This document shows positions 13,065-25,631 of a DNA stretch of 64,000 nucleotides, one piece after another. Under the pieces are notes generated by a model. It worked only from the letters and a program-made list of their open reading frames with translations. It searched no databases and was not told where the DNA came from. Each line of letters begins with the position of its first letter. Within the stretch, counting starts at the first letter, position 1. This DNA is from Prorocentrum cordatum (lineage: Eukaryota): contig CAUYUJ010000303.1 in assembly GCA_963575745.1 (NCBI GenBank), positions 248,001 to 312,000 of the forward strand, given 5' to 3'. The translations under genes and the position numbers were made by a program.

Positions 13065-13578
13065 TAACGCTGGGGCCCTGGGGGAAGGCGGCATTCTGAT
13101 TGGGAGTTCCCCCCCACCACCACAGGCGGGGCCTTCCACGGGACCCCCGCGGGCGACCCCCCCGGGGACCCGCCGAGAACTCGGGGGGGGGGCGGCATTC
13201 TGACCAGGACCCCCTCCCGCGCCCCCCTTCCCCTCGTCAGGGGAGGGGAAGAGGGAATGACATCGATTCAGCTACGACGCTTATTCTCTACAGCTGTGTC
13301 CGAGAGCTCGGGCCTCTTTGTTTTCGTCGTCGTCGTTCGTTCGTTCGCCGTTCGTCCTCCCCCTGGCCGTCCTGTCCCTGCCCTGGACTCCTGGACCCAG
13401 CCCTCCCCAGCTACCCTCGCTCTCCCCCTGGCCGCCCCCCTGGCCTTGCCCGCTGTGTTCTGCAGCTCGGAAGCCCCTCCTGAAGGAAGGGGGCAGGAGC
13501 CTCCTGTCCTTCGCGGCTCCCTGGTGCAAGAACCAGGGCACGCGCGCCGTTTGTTTGTACTATTGAACAAGAGGGGAC

Positions 13579-13614
<36 letters not shown>

Positions 13615-13822
13615 AAGCTGAAAAGCGTGTCACGCAAGCCGAAGGGTCGGCGGATTTTGGAGGGCATCTTGCCCTGGGCCCGCCTTGGAGCCCTTTGGGT
13701 CTGTCTTGGAAGCTCCAACCCCTTTCGAAACCTCGGTCCACACCCTATGCGGAGGGACTGCCCCAGATAGAACGCGTCACCCCCTCGTCCGTCCTGGGCC
13801 CTTTGGAGTACCTCTTGGATTA

Positions 13823-13979
13823 AGTCGGGCCTGTCCCTCTGCAGGGGGGCTATTCAATAATAGTCAAAAAGTCCGGGGACATGTTTTAAACACAGTACTG
13901 TTTAAAGCATACTGGGAGTATGTTTTTAGTATGTTTAATGTGTCGCCCAAGATCCGCCTGTAGGGGGACATGCCCGACT
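13823..13979. mobile_element. MITE-like element, same TA-flanked family
   Basis: agtcgggcctgtccctctgcag ... ctgtagggggacatgcccgact. Confidence 0.7.
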
Positions 13980-14059
13980 TCACTCTTGGGCGATCTTGCG
14001 GCCGTAAGGACCCATCGAAAGCGGGAAAACGACACAACCCAAATCAGTGAGATCTTCCG

Positions 14060-14110
14060 TCCGCAGCCACTTTGGCTCAAGGCATTTTCGGATCAAGTTT
14101 GCGGTCCAAG
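14060..14110 (+). other. Genomic DinoSL spliced-leader relic (20/22) followed by one or two older relict SLs
   Basis: tccgcagccactttggctcaag + gcattttcggatcaag + tttgcggtccaag versus DCCGTAGCCATTTTGGCTCAAG. Confidence 0.9.
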
Positions 14111-14178
14111 GCAAACGCCGAAAACTACACACACCTTGATACTTTCAGACCTCATTCGTACAAGTTCGGATCTGGCTG

Positions 14179-15714
14179 ATGAGCATGCTAGTGAAACTCG
14201 CCACCGCGTTTTTGGTAGTCTCAGGGGCAAACGGAAAGGACTTCGACTCCTGCCTGATGCAGCTGGCTGCAAGCCCGACTCAGGCTACAACCGTCGAGCG
14301 GCCGCTCGCGGATACCTATGCTCAGTCCTGCCAGTCAACGAATTATGGTACCCAGCAGGTTTTGGTCACCAAGCGCTACTCCGACGGCTGGTGCGGTACT
14401 CGATACTCGTTCCTGCAATTCAGCGTTCCTTGCGATGCTCAGGATGCAACGCTCCTGCTGTGGCCGACTGACTATGCTGCTGGTACCTTTCCAAAGGTGG
14501 CCGTCTTCACGGTGCAGAACGCGTGGTCGGAAAGCACCACTATTTGGTCCAACCACCCTGGTTGGCAGGAGCAGGTTTGCGATTATCAGGCATACCCAGG
14601 CCCAGTCGGGCAGGCGTTCGCATGCACCGTTCCACAGGCGAAACTCGCCGGTAAGAACACCATCTCGTTTGCGTTGGTTGCAGAATGGATGTGGGCGGGG
14701 GGGGCAGTAGTTCTTGGTCTCGCGAAGCCCTCGACGAGAGCACCAGACCGTCGCTGGTGTTCCAGTGTCCTACTGCAGCACCCACGACGGCCCCGACGAG
14801 CAGCCCGACCTCGTCCCCGACGCCCAGTCCGACGAGCAGCCCGACAAGCAGCCCGACCTCCAGTCCGACCGCGTCCCCGACGTCCAGTCCGACGAGCAGC
14901 CCGACCTCCAGTCCGACCTCGTCCCCGACGCCCAGCCCGACGCCTTCGCCGACTGCGGCCCCGACGAGCAGCCCGACCTCCAGTCCGACCGCGTCCCCAA
15001 CGTCCAGTCCGACGAGCAGCCCGACCTCCAGTCCGACCTCGTCCCCGACGTCCAGTCCGACGCCTTCGCAGACTGCGGCCCCGACGAGCAGCCCGACCTC
15101 CAGTCCGACCGCGTCCCCGACGTCCAGTCCGACGAGCAGCCCGACCCCCAGTCCGTCCTCGTCTTTCCCAGGGACGGTGGTGACGAGTTCGGCCGTTGGC
15201 GATCTCCATATGAAGAATGTATACGGCGAGCGTTTTGATTTTGATGGCGCCAGGCAACCATGTTCTTATCAACATCCCTCGTGGAGAGCGCGCTGAAAAA
15301 GCATTGCTTCGCGTGCAGGCCGATGCACGCCGATTGGGTAAACAGTGCACGGATCTATACTTCCAAGATTTGAACGTGACCGGATCTTGGGCAGAGGCAG
15401 AACAAGTCGGAGGTTTTCATTACAGCGCATCGCAGAGCGAGGTTGAGGCTCCTAAGTGGGTTATTTTGGGTAAGATAGAGCTGAAGGTCGTTCGCGGGCA
15501 TACGGACGGCCGCACGTCGTACTTGAACGTGTACGTCAAGCATTTAGGCCGAGCTGGGTTTGCTGTCGGAGGTCTTCTAGGCGAGGACGACCACAGCGAC
15601 GCGAGCACGCCAGAGGCTGGGTGCGTGGAACTTGTGGATCTACAGGATCTGCAAACGTTTCGGACTGGCAGTGGCTCCCGACCAGTCTCGACTGCAGAGG
15701 CAACATACGCTTAA
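14179..15714 (+). pseudogene. Frameshifted paralog of the secreted DNRLRE/CBM96-like + PT-repeat + GDPH protein
   Basis: Near-identical to 47036-48634, but with +2 G in the G-run at about 14697-14704 and +1 T at about 15240. Both indels are in homopolymers and could be read errors. Confidence 0.8.
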
Positions 15715-15835
15715 GCTTGTTTTCCAGCAGGTGTCCTTGTTGTTTCAGTTGCGCAGTAGTTTATGAACAGCGAGGCTGACTGACTTGGATATCAGGAACT
15801 GTTCATCGCAAGACACTTTTGCAATCGAGGAAATG

Positions 15836-16120
15836 ATTCACTGCGTGGAGCACCCCATATGTGCATCTATTCGCATGGACCTGTCCGCCGTGAGTGTCTA
15901 GGCGCAAGAGCTTTCGAATATAAACGGGTTTCAGTCGTGACGGTCTGGACATGAATCTAATTGCGAATGAATTGGAGTGTGAATGAGCCTCAGTAGTACG
16001 AGCGCGTCTTGCGCATGAGCCTGGGGCCTCCTGAAACCTACTGGGGCTTCCTGGGGCCTCCAGGAGCCTCTTGGGGCCTCCTGGGACCTCCCAGGGAGGT
16101 TTCGTGCCCCAGGAGAGGCC
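15836..16120. repeat. Dispersed repeat (attcactgcgtggagc...), second copy at about 31715-32005
   Basis: Near-identical sequence; matching shadow ORFs 15803-16123 and 31322-31894. Confidence 0.9.
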
Positions 16121-16375
16121 CAATGTATGATCCCGGGCTCCAGGCCCACGGGCCCCCCTCCCAGATGGTATGGTCCCAGGATTCCTCGGGCCCCCCCCGC
16201 GCCCCCCCCAAGATGAAATTCGGCTGATTCTCGATCTGTTTTGGACTAGAGCGTGATCCAGTCTGTTCGAGGTGAACCCATTTCGCCTGATTCACGATTT
16301 CGTTTAGACCAGAACGTGATCTGGTCCAGCAGACCTCTTCTTCGTCACAATGGTCTAGATCGGGATCTGGCCCCT

Positions 16376-17587
16376 CAAGGCCTGTCCAAGGCTGGGGGAT
16401 CCTCTAAGGCCTGTCCAAGGCTGGGAGATCCTCTAAGGCCTGTCCAAGGCTGGGGGATCCTCTAGGGCCTGTCCAGAGCTGGAGAATCCTCCAGAGCTTG
16501 TCCAGGCCTGGGGGATCCTCCAGGGCCTGTCCAGGGCTGGGGGATCCTCTACGGCCTGTCCAGGGCTGGGGGATCCTCCAGGGCCTGCCCAAGGCTGGGG
16601 AATCCTCTAGGGCCTGTCCAGAGCTGGGGAATCCTCCAGGGCCTGTCCAGGGCTGGGGGATCTTCTAGGGCCTGTCCAGAGCTGTGTCCAGGGCTGGGGA
16701 ATCCTCTAGGGCCTGTCCAGGGCTGGGCGCTGGGGAATCCTCTAGAGCCTGTCCAGAGCTGTGTCCAGGGCTGGGGAATCCTCTGGGGCCTGTCCAGGGC
16801 TGGGCGCTGGGGAATCCTCTAGGGCCTGTCCAGTGCTGGGGGCTGGGGAATCCTCCAGGGCCGCGCCAGGGCTGCCTGGGGCCGCGCCGGGGCTGGGGAA
16901 AATCCTTTAGGGCCGCGCCAGGGTTGGGGAATCCTTCTAGGGTCGCGCCAGGGCTGGGGAATCCTCTAGGGCCGCGCCAGGGCTGGGGAATCCTCTAGGG
17001 CCGCGCCAGCGCCAGGGCTTGGGAATCCTCTAGGGCCGCGCCAGGGCTGGGGAATCCTCTAGGGCTGCGCCAGGGCTGGGGAATCCTCCAGGGCCGCGCC
17101 AGGGCTGGGGAATCCTCTAGCCGCGCCAGGGCTGGGGAATCTTGCGCCAGGGCTGGGGAATCCTCTAGGCCGCCAGGGCTGGGGAAAATCTTCAGGGCCG
17201 CGCCAGGGCTGGGGAATCCTCTAGGGCCGCGCCAGGGCTGGGGAAAATCTTCAGGGCCGCGCCAGGGCTGGGGAATCCTCTAAGGCCGCGCCAGGGCTGG
17301 GGAAAATCTTCAGGGCCGCGCCAGGGCTGGGGAATCCTTTAGGGCTGCGCCAGGGCTGGGGAATCCTCTAGGGCCGCGCCAGGGCTGGGGAATCCTCTAG
17401 GGCCGCGCCAGGGCTGGGGAATCCTCCAGGGCCGCGCAGGGGGGGGAGTCCTCTAGGGCCGCGCCACCGCTGTGGAATCCTCTAGGGCCGTGCCAGGGCC
17501 GTGCCAGGGCTGCCTGGGGCCGCGCCAGGGCTGGGGAATCTTCTAGGGCCGCGCCAGGGCTGGGGAATCCTCTAGGGCCGCGCCAGG
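16376..17587. repeat. About 29-30-bp minisatellite (gggctggggaatcctctagggcc[tgtcca|gcgcca]) with two subtypes
   Basis: Directly visible; unit switches from cctgtcca to ccgcgcca near 16860. Confidence 0.95.
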
Positions 17588-17590
17588 ACT

Positions 17591-19110
17591 GGCCCATCCT
17601 CCGCGAAATGCGCGCGCGGACTCGCGACTGGACACGGAAACGGTACTTGCAATGGGCCGTTTGGGAGGGGGAAATTAAGGGTTTCTTTTCTGATTTTTCT
17701 GGTTTCGATTTTTTCCCTTGTGTCCAACCTGTCCTCCGCGAAATGCGCGCGCGGACGCGCGACTGGACGCGGAAACGGTACTTGCAATGGGCCGTTTGGG
17801 AGGGGGAAATTATAGTTTTTTCTGATTTGTCGGGTTCCGAATTTTTCTCTTGCTTCCGACCCATCCTCCGCGAAATGCGCGCGCGGACGCGCGACCGGAC
17901 ACGGAAGCGGTATTTCCGGCCGTCTGGGAGGGGGATTTTTTTTTTCTTTGATTTTTCGAGTTCCGAATTTTCCTATTGTTTCCGACCCGTTCTCCGCGAA
18001 ATGCGCGCGCGGACTCGCGACTGGACACGGAAAAAGGTACTTGCAATGGGCCGTTCGGGAGGGGGAAATTAAGGGCTTTTTCTGTTCCGGTTTCGATTTT
18101 TTCCTTGTGTCCAACCCGTCCTCCGCGAAATGCGCGCGCGGACGCGCGACTGGACACAGAAACGGTACTTGCAATGGGCCGTTTGGAGGGGGAAATTCTG
18201 TTTTTTTTTTTTTCTGATTTGTCGGGTTCCGATTTTTTCTCTTGTTTCCGACCCATCCTGCGAAATGCGCGCGCGGACTCGCGACCGGAAAAAAAAATCT
18301 GATTTTTCGGGCTCCGAATTTTCCTATTGTTCCCGACCCGTTCTCCGCGAAATGCGCGCGCGGACTCGCGACTGGACACGGAAACGGTACTTGCAATGGG
18401 CCGTTCGGGAGGGGGAAATTAAGGGTTTTTTTCGGATTTTTCTGGTTTTCCTTGTGTCCAACCCGTCCTCCGAGAAATGCGCGCGCGGACGCGCGATTGG
18501 ACACGGAGACGGTACTTTTAATGGGCCGTTTGGGAGGGGGAAATTAGGGTTTTTTTTCTGATTTTTCTGGTTACGATTTTTTTCCTGTTTCCGACATCCT
18601 CCGCGAAATGCGCGCGCGGACACGGAAACGGTATTTCTGGCCGTCTGGGAGGGGGAAAATATGTTTTTTGTTGCCTTTGCTTTTTCGGGCTCCGAATTTT
18701 CCTATTGTTTCCGACCCGTTCTCCGCGAAATGCGCGCGCGGACTCGCGACTGGACACGGAAACGGTGCTTGCAATAGGCCGTTTGGGAGGGGGAAATTAT
18801 GTTTTTTTTTGTTTTCTGATTTTTCTGGTTTCGATTTTTTTCTTGCGTCCAACCCGTCCTCCGCGAAATGCGCGCGCGGACGCGCGACTGGACACGGAAA
18901 CGGCATTTGCAATGGGCCGTCTGGGAGGGGGATCTTGTTTTTCAATGTTCTTTTTGTTCGGGTTCCGATTTTTCTCTTGTTTCCGACCCGTGTTCCGCGA
19001 AATGCGCGCGCGGATTTGCGATTGGACACGGAAACGGTATTTTCATTGGGCCGTCTTGGAGGGGGATTTTTTTTGTTTTTTTGGGTTTGAGGGCGTTTTT
19101 CTTTTGAGGG
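17591..19110. repeat. About 110-135-bp tandem repeat (ccgcgaaatgcgcgcgcggac.cgcgactggacacggaaacggta...)
   Basis: Roughly a dozen units; same family at 26110-26640. Confidence 0.93.
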
Positions 19111-19149
19111 GGTGATGCAATTTATTATTTGTGAATTGTTCTCCCGTCC

Positions 19150-19670
19150 GTTCAGATTTGAGATCGGTCCGTTCTAGATCGTGAATCGGTCCAGTTTAGA
19201 TCGTGAATCGGTTTGTTTTGCCCTCTCGAATCTGTCTGTTTTAAATCGTGAATCGGTCCGTTTCCGAATCTTGAACCAGTCCGTTCTAGATCGCGAATCG
19301 GTCCAGTTTAGATCGTGAATCGGTCTGTTTTGCCGTCTTGCATCTGTGTGTTTCAAAATCGTGAAACGGTCCGTTTCTGAATCTTGAACCAGTCCGTTCT
19401 AGATCGTGAATCGGTCCAGTTTAGATCGGGAATCGGTCTGTTTTGCCCTCTCGAATCTGTCTGGTTTAAATCGTGCATCGGTCCGTTTCCGAATCTTGAA
19501 CCAGTCCGCTCTAGATCGTGAGTCGGTCTGATTCGGGATCTTGAATCAATCGATGCCCAGGGATTTTCAAAAACTATCCTGGGATCACTTTGGGGAATCG
19601 ATTCCCAGGGATTCTGGCGGTGATCACGGGATCCTTTTCGAATTCCTGGGGATCGATTCCCAGGGATTCC
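19150..19670. repeat. tagatcgtgaatcggtcc short-unit repeat followed by atcgattcccagggatt units
   Basis: Also at 26690-27000, 27780-27940 and 28800-29090, partly in inverted orientation. Confidence 0.9.
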
Positions 19671-19674
19671 GAGG

Positions 19675-20440
19675 GTGGTGTGTGTGTGTGTGCGGTTTGG
19701 TGGTGGTGTCCCGTGGTGTTTCGTGATGCGTCGTGGTGTCTCGTGGTGCTCGTGGTGTCTCGTGGTGCCTCCGTGCGTGTGGAGTGTGCGTGGTGTAGTG
19801 TGGTGTGGTGTGGTGTGTGTGAGGCGTGATGTGTTTTGGTGGTGGTGGTGGTGTGTGTGTATTTGTGTGTGTGTGTGTGTCTGTGTGTGTGCCTGTGTGT
19901 GTGTGTGTGTCAGTGTGTGTATATGTGTGCGTGTCTGTGTGTGCGTCTGTGTACGTGTGTGTGTCTGTGTGTGTGTGTCTGTGTGCGTGTGTCTGTGTGT
20001 GTCTGTGTTCGTGTGTGTCTGTATGTGTGTGTGTGTGTCTGTGTGTGTGTGTCTGTGTGTGTGTGTCTGTGTGTCTGTGTGTGTCTGTGTGTGTGTCTCT
20101 GTATGTGTGGTGTGTGTGTGTCTGTGTGTGTGTGTCTGTGTGTGTGTGTCTGTGTGTCTGTGTATGTGTGTGTCTGTGTGTGTGTCTGTGTGTGTGTGTC
20201 TGTGTGTGTGTGTCTGTGTGTGTGTGTGTCTGTGTGTGTGTGTGTCTGTGTGTGCCTGTCTGTGTGTGTGTGTGTGTGTCTGTGTCTCTGTGTGTGTGCG
20301 TGATGTGATGTGCTGTGGTGCATCGTGGTGTCCCGTGGTGCCCCGTGGTGTATCGTGGGTTCTCGTGGTGGTCGTGGTGTTTCGTGGTGTCCCCGCGCGC
20401 GTTGCTTGTGCGTGTTGTGGTTTGGTGTTGTGCGTGTTAG
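19675..20440. repeat. cgtggtgt repeats enclosing a compound (GT)n/(GTCT) microsatellite
   Basis: Directly visible; shorter paralog at 27000-27340. Confidence 0.95.
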
Positions 20441-20519
20441 TGATGAGGGGGTGCCCCTTTCACAGAGGTTTCACAGATCTCCGTTCTGGTCAATATCCTA
20501 GGAGGCCTCTAGGAGGCCC

Positions 20520-21100
20520 CCAGGGGGCTTTGGACAGGTTTTTGAACAGGTGTTTGAAATGCTTTAGAAAGGCTTCTCCTGAGAGGCTTTTGACAAGGCT
20601 TCAGAGATTTTTGTTTTTCTTTTAAAAAAAGAAAAGGCTTTTGAAAAGGCTCCTGAGAGGCTTTTGAAAGGCGCCTGAGAGGCTGTTGAGACGCTTTTGA
20701 AAGGCTTCGGAGAGGCTTTTGAAAAGGCTTCTGAGAAGCTTTTGACAGGCTTCGGAGACGCTTTTGAAATGCTTCTGAGTGTTTTGAAATGCTTTTGAAA
20801 AGGCTTCTGAGAGGCTGTCGAAAGGCTTCTGAGAGGCTTTTGAGAGGCTTTTGAAAAGCTGTTCAGAGGCTGGCTTCTGAGAGGCTTTCGAAAAGCTGTT
20901 GAACGGCTCCTGAGAGGCTTTTGACAAGCTTCTGAGAAGTTTTTGGCTTGCTTTTGAGAGGTCTTTGGCTTGCGTCTGAGCGGCATCTGAAAGGCTTTCG
21001 AAAGGCTCCCGGGAGGCTTTTGAAAAGTTGTTGAACGGCTTTTGAGAAGTTTCGGAGAGGTGTCTGAGAGGCTTCTGAGAGGATTTTTAAAGGCTCTCGG
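20520..21100. repeat. gagaggcttttgaaaggcttct degenerate minisatellite
   Basis: Directly visible; paralog at 27425-27680. Confidence 0.92.
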
Positions 21101-22334
21101 GGAGGGTACCCTTATGTTGATCGTGTTTGTTGAATGTTCTTGTGCATCCTGGGTCAGGGTACCCTCCGATGTTCTTGAGTTTGGCCTCTTCGCTCTCTCG
21201 TTCTCAGAAGGCAGGGGTTCGGGGTTCCTGGTTCGGCTACGTACGTGCGTCCGCGGGGTCGGCAAAAAGACCCTTCTGCGTTCTTTGGTTCCGATGTCAC
21301 GGTGCGGCCGCTGGCAGCCGCGCGCTCGTTGATGATGGTGGCGCGGAGGCGATACAGCTCGTTACGCTACAGACATCCTCGCAACTCTGGGCTCCGAGAT
21401 GCCGTTCGGGATGAAGAGGAGGTGGGGGAGGAGGAGGAGGAGCAGGAGGAGAAGGAGGAGGAGGCATGTTTGAACATGCCATGCCAGCCCGCACTGGACG
21501 GGCACGCAATCTGCCTTGGAAACCGCAGTGGGTCCAAAAACCCTGTTTGGGGATACTGCACTTTCGGCTATAATTTTTGTCGCTGGCCCGCCCAGTTTTC
21601 CATTTTACCCTGTCGCCGATCATTGTTTTCATTTTGATTTCAGCCTTCATTGATTTCGGCTTCCTGGTACATTGAGATCGATACACTCAGCATTGCACTT
21701 GCCCGCCACCCAATCAGGTGTTTTTGAAAATGCTGCCATGCGCTACAGCTCTATATTCCTTTTGGGGCTCGTGGGTCGATCATGTTTCTGCGTGAGGAGG
21801 GTTCCGATTTGGTTCAGGAGGACGCTTGCTGGCCGCCAAGATAACCCCTCGGTGGCCCAAGACGTTCCAAGATGTTTCAAGGCGGCCCCCAGGGGCCACA
21901 AGGTGCCCCAGTGGAGCTCCCCAAAGGCCCCCCACAATCACCCCAGAGAGCCATAGACGCAAAAGCCATTCAGGTTTCTACATGCTCGGTAAATCTCGCG
22001 TCCTTCTCCTTCGGATTGCGTCGGGAGAGCTTCACATGGCCCCGAGGTTTTAGACGGCCCCACAACTTCGAAGAAGAGCCCAAGAGGGCTCCAAGCGGGC
22101 CCCAAGACCTTCAAGGCAGCCCGACCAGGAAGACCCCCAAGAGGCCCCTACACTCAGGCGAGATCGTGCCGTGTTCTCCCGCCAACCGCAGGTGGGTCAT
22201 GTTACGTTTGCGTTTGTCGCCACGGCGGCGGGTTGCTGGTCTTTTTGGTTTGCCCGCTTCTGGCGACCCTGGGGCCCTGAGGACGGCCCCCTGGGAGCCG
22301 AAATCGTGCCCGAAACGTCGTTGTTGTTTCTGCC

Positions 22335-22371
22335 GCCGCCGCAAGTTTAGCTCATGCCGGTCTGGCTCAGG
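22335..22371 (+). other. Highly degenerate tandem DinoSL relics upstream of the sulfotransferase
   Basis: gccgccgcaagtttagctcatg (16/22 to DinoSL) + ccggtctggctcagg (11/15 to CCATTTTGGCTCAAG), 77 nt before the ATG. Confidence 0.5.
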
Positions 22372-22447
22372 GAGGCCTCGCTTCCTTCAGGTGAGAAGGC
22401 GCATTCAGGTGACCTGCTGACAGCATGCGGGCGCGAATCTGACCAGC

Positions 22448-23654
22448 ATGTCGAAGACTCCCATGACTCTGCCGAGAAGGCTTGGATTGTTATTCGAATT
22501 GCCCACGCTTTGTATCATTATCGTGACCATGGTTGCACTTTCTTTGCCACTGGTGGTTGCCCTGCGAGGCTGGCAGGGATGGAGCCAGACGATTACCAGT
22601 CCATCCGGTCACCAGGCGCGTAGCGGGGCCCTTGGGAAAGCCGACCGCTCTGATCCATATCGGGCCGCCCAAGACGGGGACGACGTACATCCAAAGGGTC
22701 CTGATGGCGTCGCGGGCCAAACTCCTCGGAATGAATATGGTGTATTACGTGCCGCCGGTGGAGGGACGTCACCAGCCAGCGCATCATTTTCTTTTGCATC
22801 CAGAACGAGACGAGACCGCAATGACAGCCTTCAAGGATAAGCTCAGCGAGGCAGTGGCTAAAGGCCAGCACGTGATCGTCAGCTCCGAGGCGCCTTCCCT
22901 CATGAGTCCAAAGTTGATGTCGTCGCTGAAATCTTTATTTCCGAAGTTTAACATCAAGGTGGTGCTCACTCACCGGCCATTCCTCGGTCGGGAGTGGTCT
23001 CAGTACAAGCAACACCTCAAGCAACACAACCCCCGCCAAATCGGCGTATCGTTCGCCGAATTTTATGGGAAGGTATCCCGATCAGAGACAGATGGCACAG
23101 ATTTCTGCGGGCGTGTCGCCAGCAAGTATATTCAAGAATTTGGCCGTGACAGCGTTTTCATATTAGATTTTCTGGGGGCACAGAACGACGGCGACATTGT
23201 GAATATGCTGCTGTCTGCCGTCGGTTTACCGACTTTCGAGGAGCCGCTCGAACAAGTCCCCAACGGGCCAGCATTCACTTCCGACCAGGTTGTTTATTTC
23301 CAAATGTGGCACTTACTCGGGGAATACATGCGCGAGCATCACCATTGCCAATTGGAGGCGCCGCCGAGGCAAGAGCTCGTATACAAGGTTGATGCGATGT
23401 TCAAGCACCACACCATGCCGAAGAAGTGTTTGGACATGGAGCCGATGAAGAAATCTGCACTCAAAATGGATGCCAATTTCCGAGTTGCGTTTGGAGACCG
23501 CATTTTGCACTTCCGCCCAGATTTGTCAGATAATGAGACTACACATTTCAAGCGGATCTGCGAGCTAGACCACCAGATTGTCAGGATAGACTGGAATGAT
23601 GCGTTCGAGAAGCACGCCGAAACTCTTTTGAGCAACTCATGCCAGAAGCAGTAG
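22448..23654 (+). pseudogene. Intronless type II membrane (Golgi-like) PAPS-dependent sulfotransferase with one frameshift near 22625
   Basis: N-terminal TM (LCIIIVTMVALSLPLVVAL) in ORF 22448. HIGPPKTGTT (5'-PSB loop), VIVSSE and HR...SQYKQ (3'-PB-like) in ORF 22533-23654. Confidence 0.8.
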
Positions 23655-23950
23655 AAGCGGTGACCAGATCGAGTTGCACCTCAGGAGCGTCCGGTCGAGT
23701 GCAGCTGGAGGAGCCCCCGAAAAATCGGAATGAGAATTCATAGATTCTTCGGGTTTGCGCCACATCCGCCGACCCCTTAATTGAAGTCAATGATCAGATG
23801 GTTCGAAACCGTTTGGCGGTCGTTTTGGGGTTGTTGTCGGGTTTCCCGGGAGCTCTTCGGGGCCTGAGGGGGGCATCTTTGGGGCTGTTCGGGCTACTCC
23901 TGGGCTTGTCTTCGAGCTCTCTTGGGCTTCTTTGGGCTCTCTGGGCTCGT

Positions 23951-24720
23951 CTTGACGACCTCAGAAGCTCCCTAGACCGCCCCAATACGGCCCAGGACGC
24001 GCTCCAGAGGGCCCCAATACAGCCCCAGAAAGCTCCAGGACGGCCCACGAAGGGCCCAAGACGGCCCAAGAGAGTCCCCAAGACGGGCCCGAGAGGGCCC
24101 CAGAGGAGGAAGCCACCATCGAATTCCAAGCTTTCGACCCCAAGTGGCTCCAGGAGGCGCCAAGAAGCCCCCAAGAAGCGCTCGGAAGGTTTTTTTTGTT
24201 ATGTTTTTTTGCATTCTCGCTGTTTCGTGTTTCTGGCGCACCGCCCAAGAGGCTCCCAAAACCGCTCCAGGACGGCCCAAGAGGCTGCCAAAAGAACCCC
24301 AAGACGGCCCGAGAGAGCCCCGAGACGGCCCTAGAGCCGCCCAAGACGGCCCAAGAAGGTCCCAAGAAGGTCCCCAAAGGACCCAAGAGAGGGAACGCGA
24401 ACCGAAAAATCAAGCTCTCCGCCCCGAGATGCCCCCAAGAGGCCCCAAGATGCCCCCAGGAAGCCCCCAGGAGGCCCCAAGAGGCCCCCAAGAGGCCCGA
24501 GAGGCCCCAAGAAACCCAAAAGAGGCTCCAAGAGGCCCCAAGACGGCACCCAAAAGGCTTCAAAACTCTAAGAGGCCCCCGAAGACGTGCCAAGAAGGTC
24601 CCATGACGACTTCAAGAAGGAGTCCAGGATGCTCCGAGGAGGCCCCAAGAGACCCCCAAGAGAGCCCAAGAGGTCTCCAAGAGGCCCCCAAGCGACCTCA
24701 AGCAGCATCCAGGAGGCCTT
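23951..24720. repeat. ccccaagaggc-type low-complexity repeat family (also 28194-28390, 52290-52545, 61650-62140, 62650-63075, 63725-64000)
   Basis: 23951-24155 is nearly identical to 28195-28390. Confidence 0.88.
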
Positions 24721-25251
24721 GTAAGTCCATCAGGGACGTATCGATCATTTGCTTCACGTGTCATAGTGAAATGGAGAGTCGAACATGGCACATGTGAGTG
24801 AGAGCAGCCTGCGGTTGCCAGGACGTACTGCCCGAATGTCCGTGCTCAGTTTTAACTCCGAATGTCCGTGCTCAGTTTTAACCCCGATTCTGTGCAGCAT
24901 GTTTGACACAGATATGATGTTTACCCTTTCTGGGCCAAAATGCTGCCGCCGGTGCAAGAGAATCCAGTGACGTGTACAAAGTGCACGTAGAAGGTAACTG
25001 CGCTTCGATATAAGCTGTTTTCGGCCCGTGAAGGCCGCAAAGTTTACGGCAGTAATGTATCACCCACAGCCGCGGAACAGAAGAAGCCGGTGCACCCGGC
25101 ACCCGGCACCCGGCACCACCAGATCAGAACCTGCCTGGTGCCAGTGATATAACCTTTAGCAACGCTCTCGGCCGTCGGGCGGGCAACCGCACAATAGTCG
25201 GAGCGAGTTACTGCAGTAGCAAGCACGACAGTGGAGACGGGAGCGAGGGCT

Positions 25252-25273
25252 TCCGTAACCATTGTGGCTCAAG
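25252..25273 (+). other. DinoSL relic (20/22) with no recognisable gene downstream
   Basis: tccgtaaccattgtggctcaag. Confidence 0.8.
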
Positions 25274-25631
25274 ACGCGCCTCAGTGCACCCAGTCTGAGG
25301 CCCTACCAGGAAAAACGAACTCTGCTGGTCATCACTGTCATCGTTGGGAGTCCGCCGCGCGACTCCGGCTGTCGGGGATGGCGTCTTCCAGTGCGGGGCC
25401 GGGTGATGCGATCGTCTTTCTCCGCCGGGCCTCCCCAAACCCAGCCACGCGCTCCAACAGCCAGTTGACGAAGCATGCGGAACACCCCAGAAGCTCCTCA
25501 GATGCCGTCGCGCGCCTGTGCTTGATAGCGTTGTCCAAGATTGTCCAGCGCCCCCCCGGCCTGGGCTAGAACATGAGCTAGAACCGGAGCGCGCGCGATG
25601 GTTCTAGCCCAGCGCATTCGTAGCGTGGCTC

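Noticed and set aside
14176..14196. CTGATGA...GAAA hammerhead-like core (also at about 47033)
   Set aside because: Stem II cannot form beyond 2 bp, and the sequence is simply the ATG AGC ATG CTA GTG AAA start of the CDS.
16376..17587. CRISPR-like regular ~30-bp repeats (also 63296-63720)
   Set aside because: Units are head-to-tail with no unique spacers and no cas genes; eukaryotic minisatellites.
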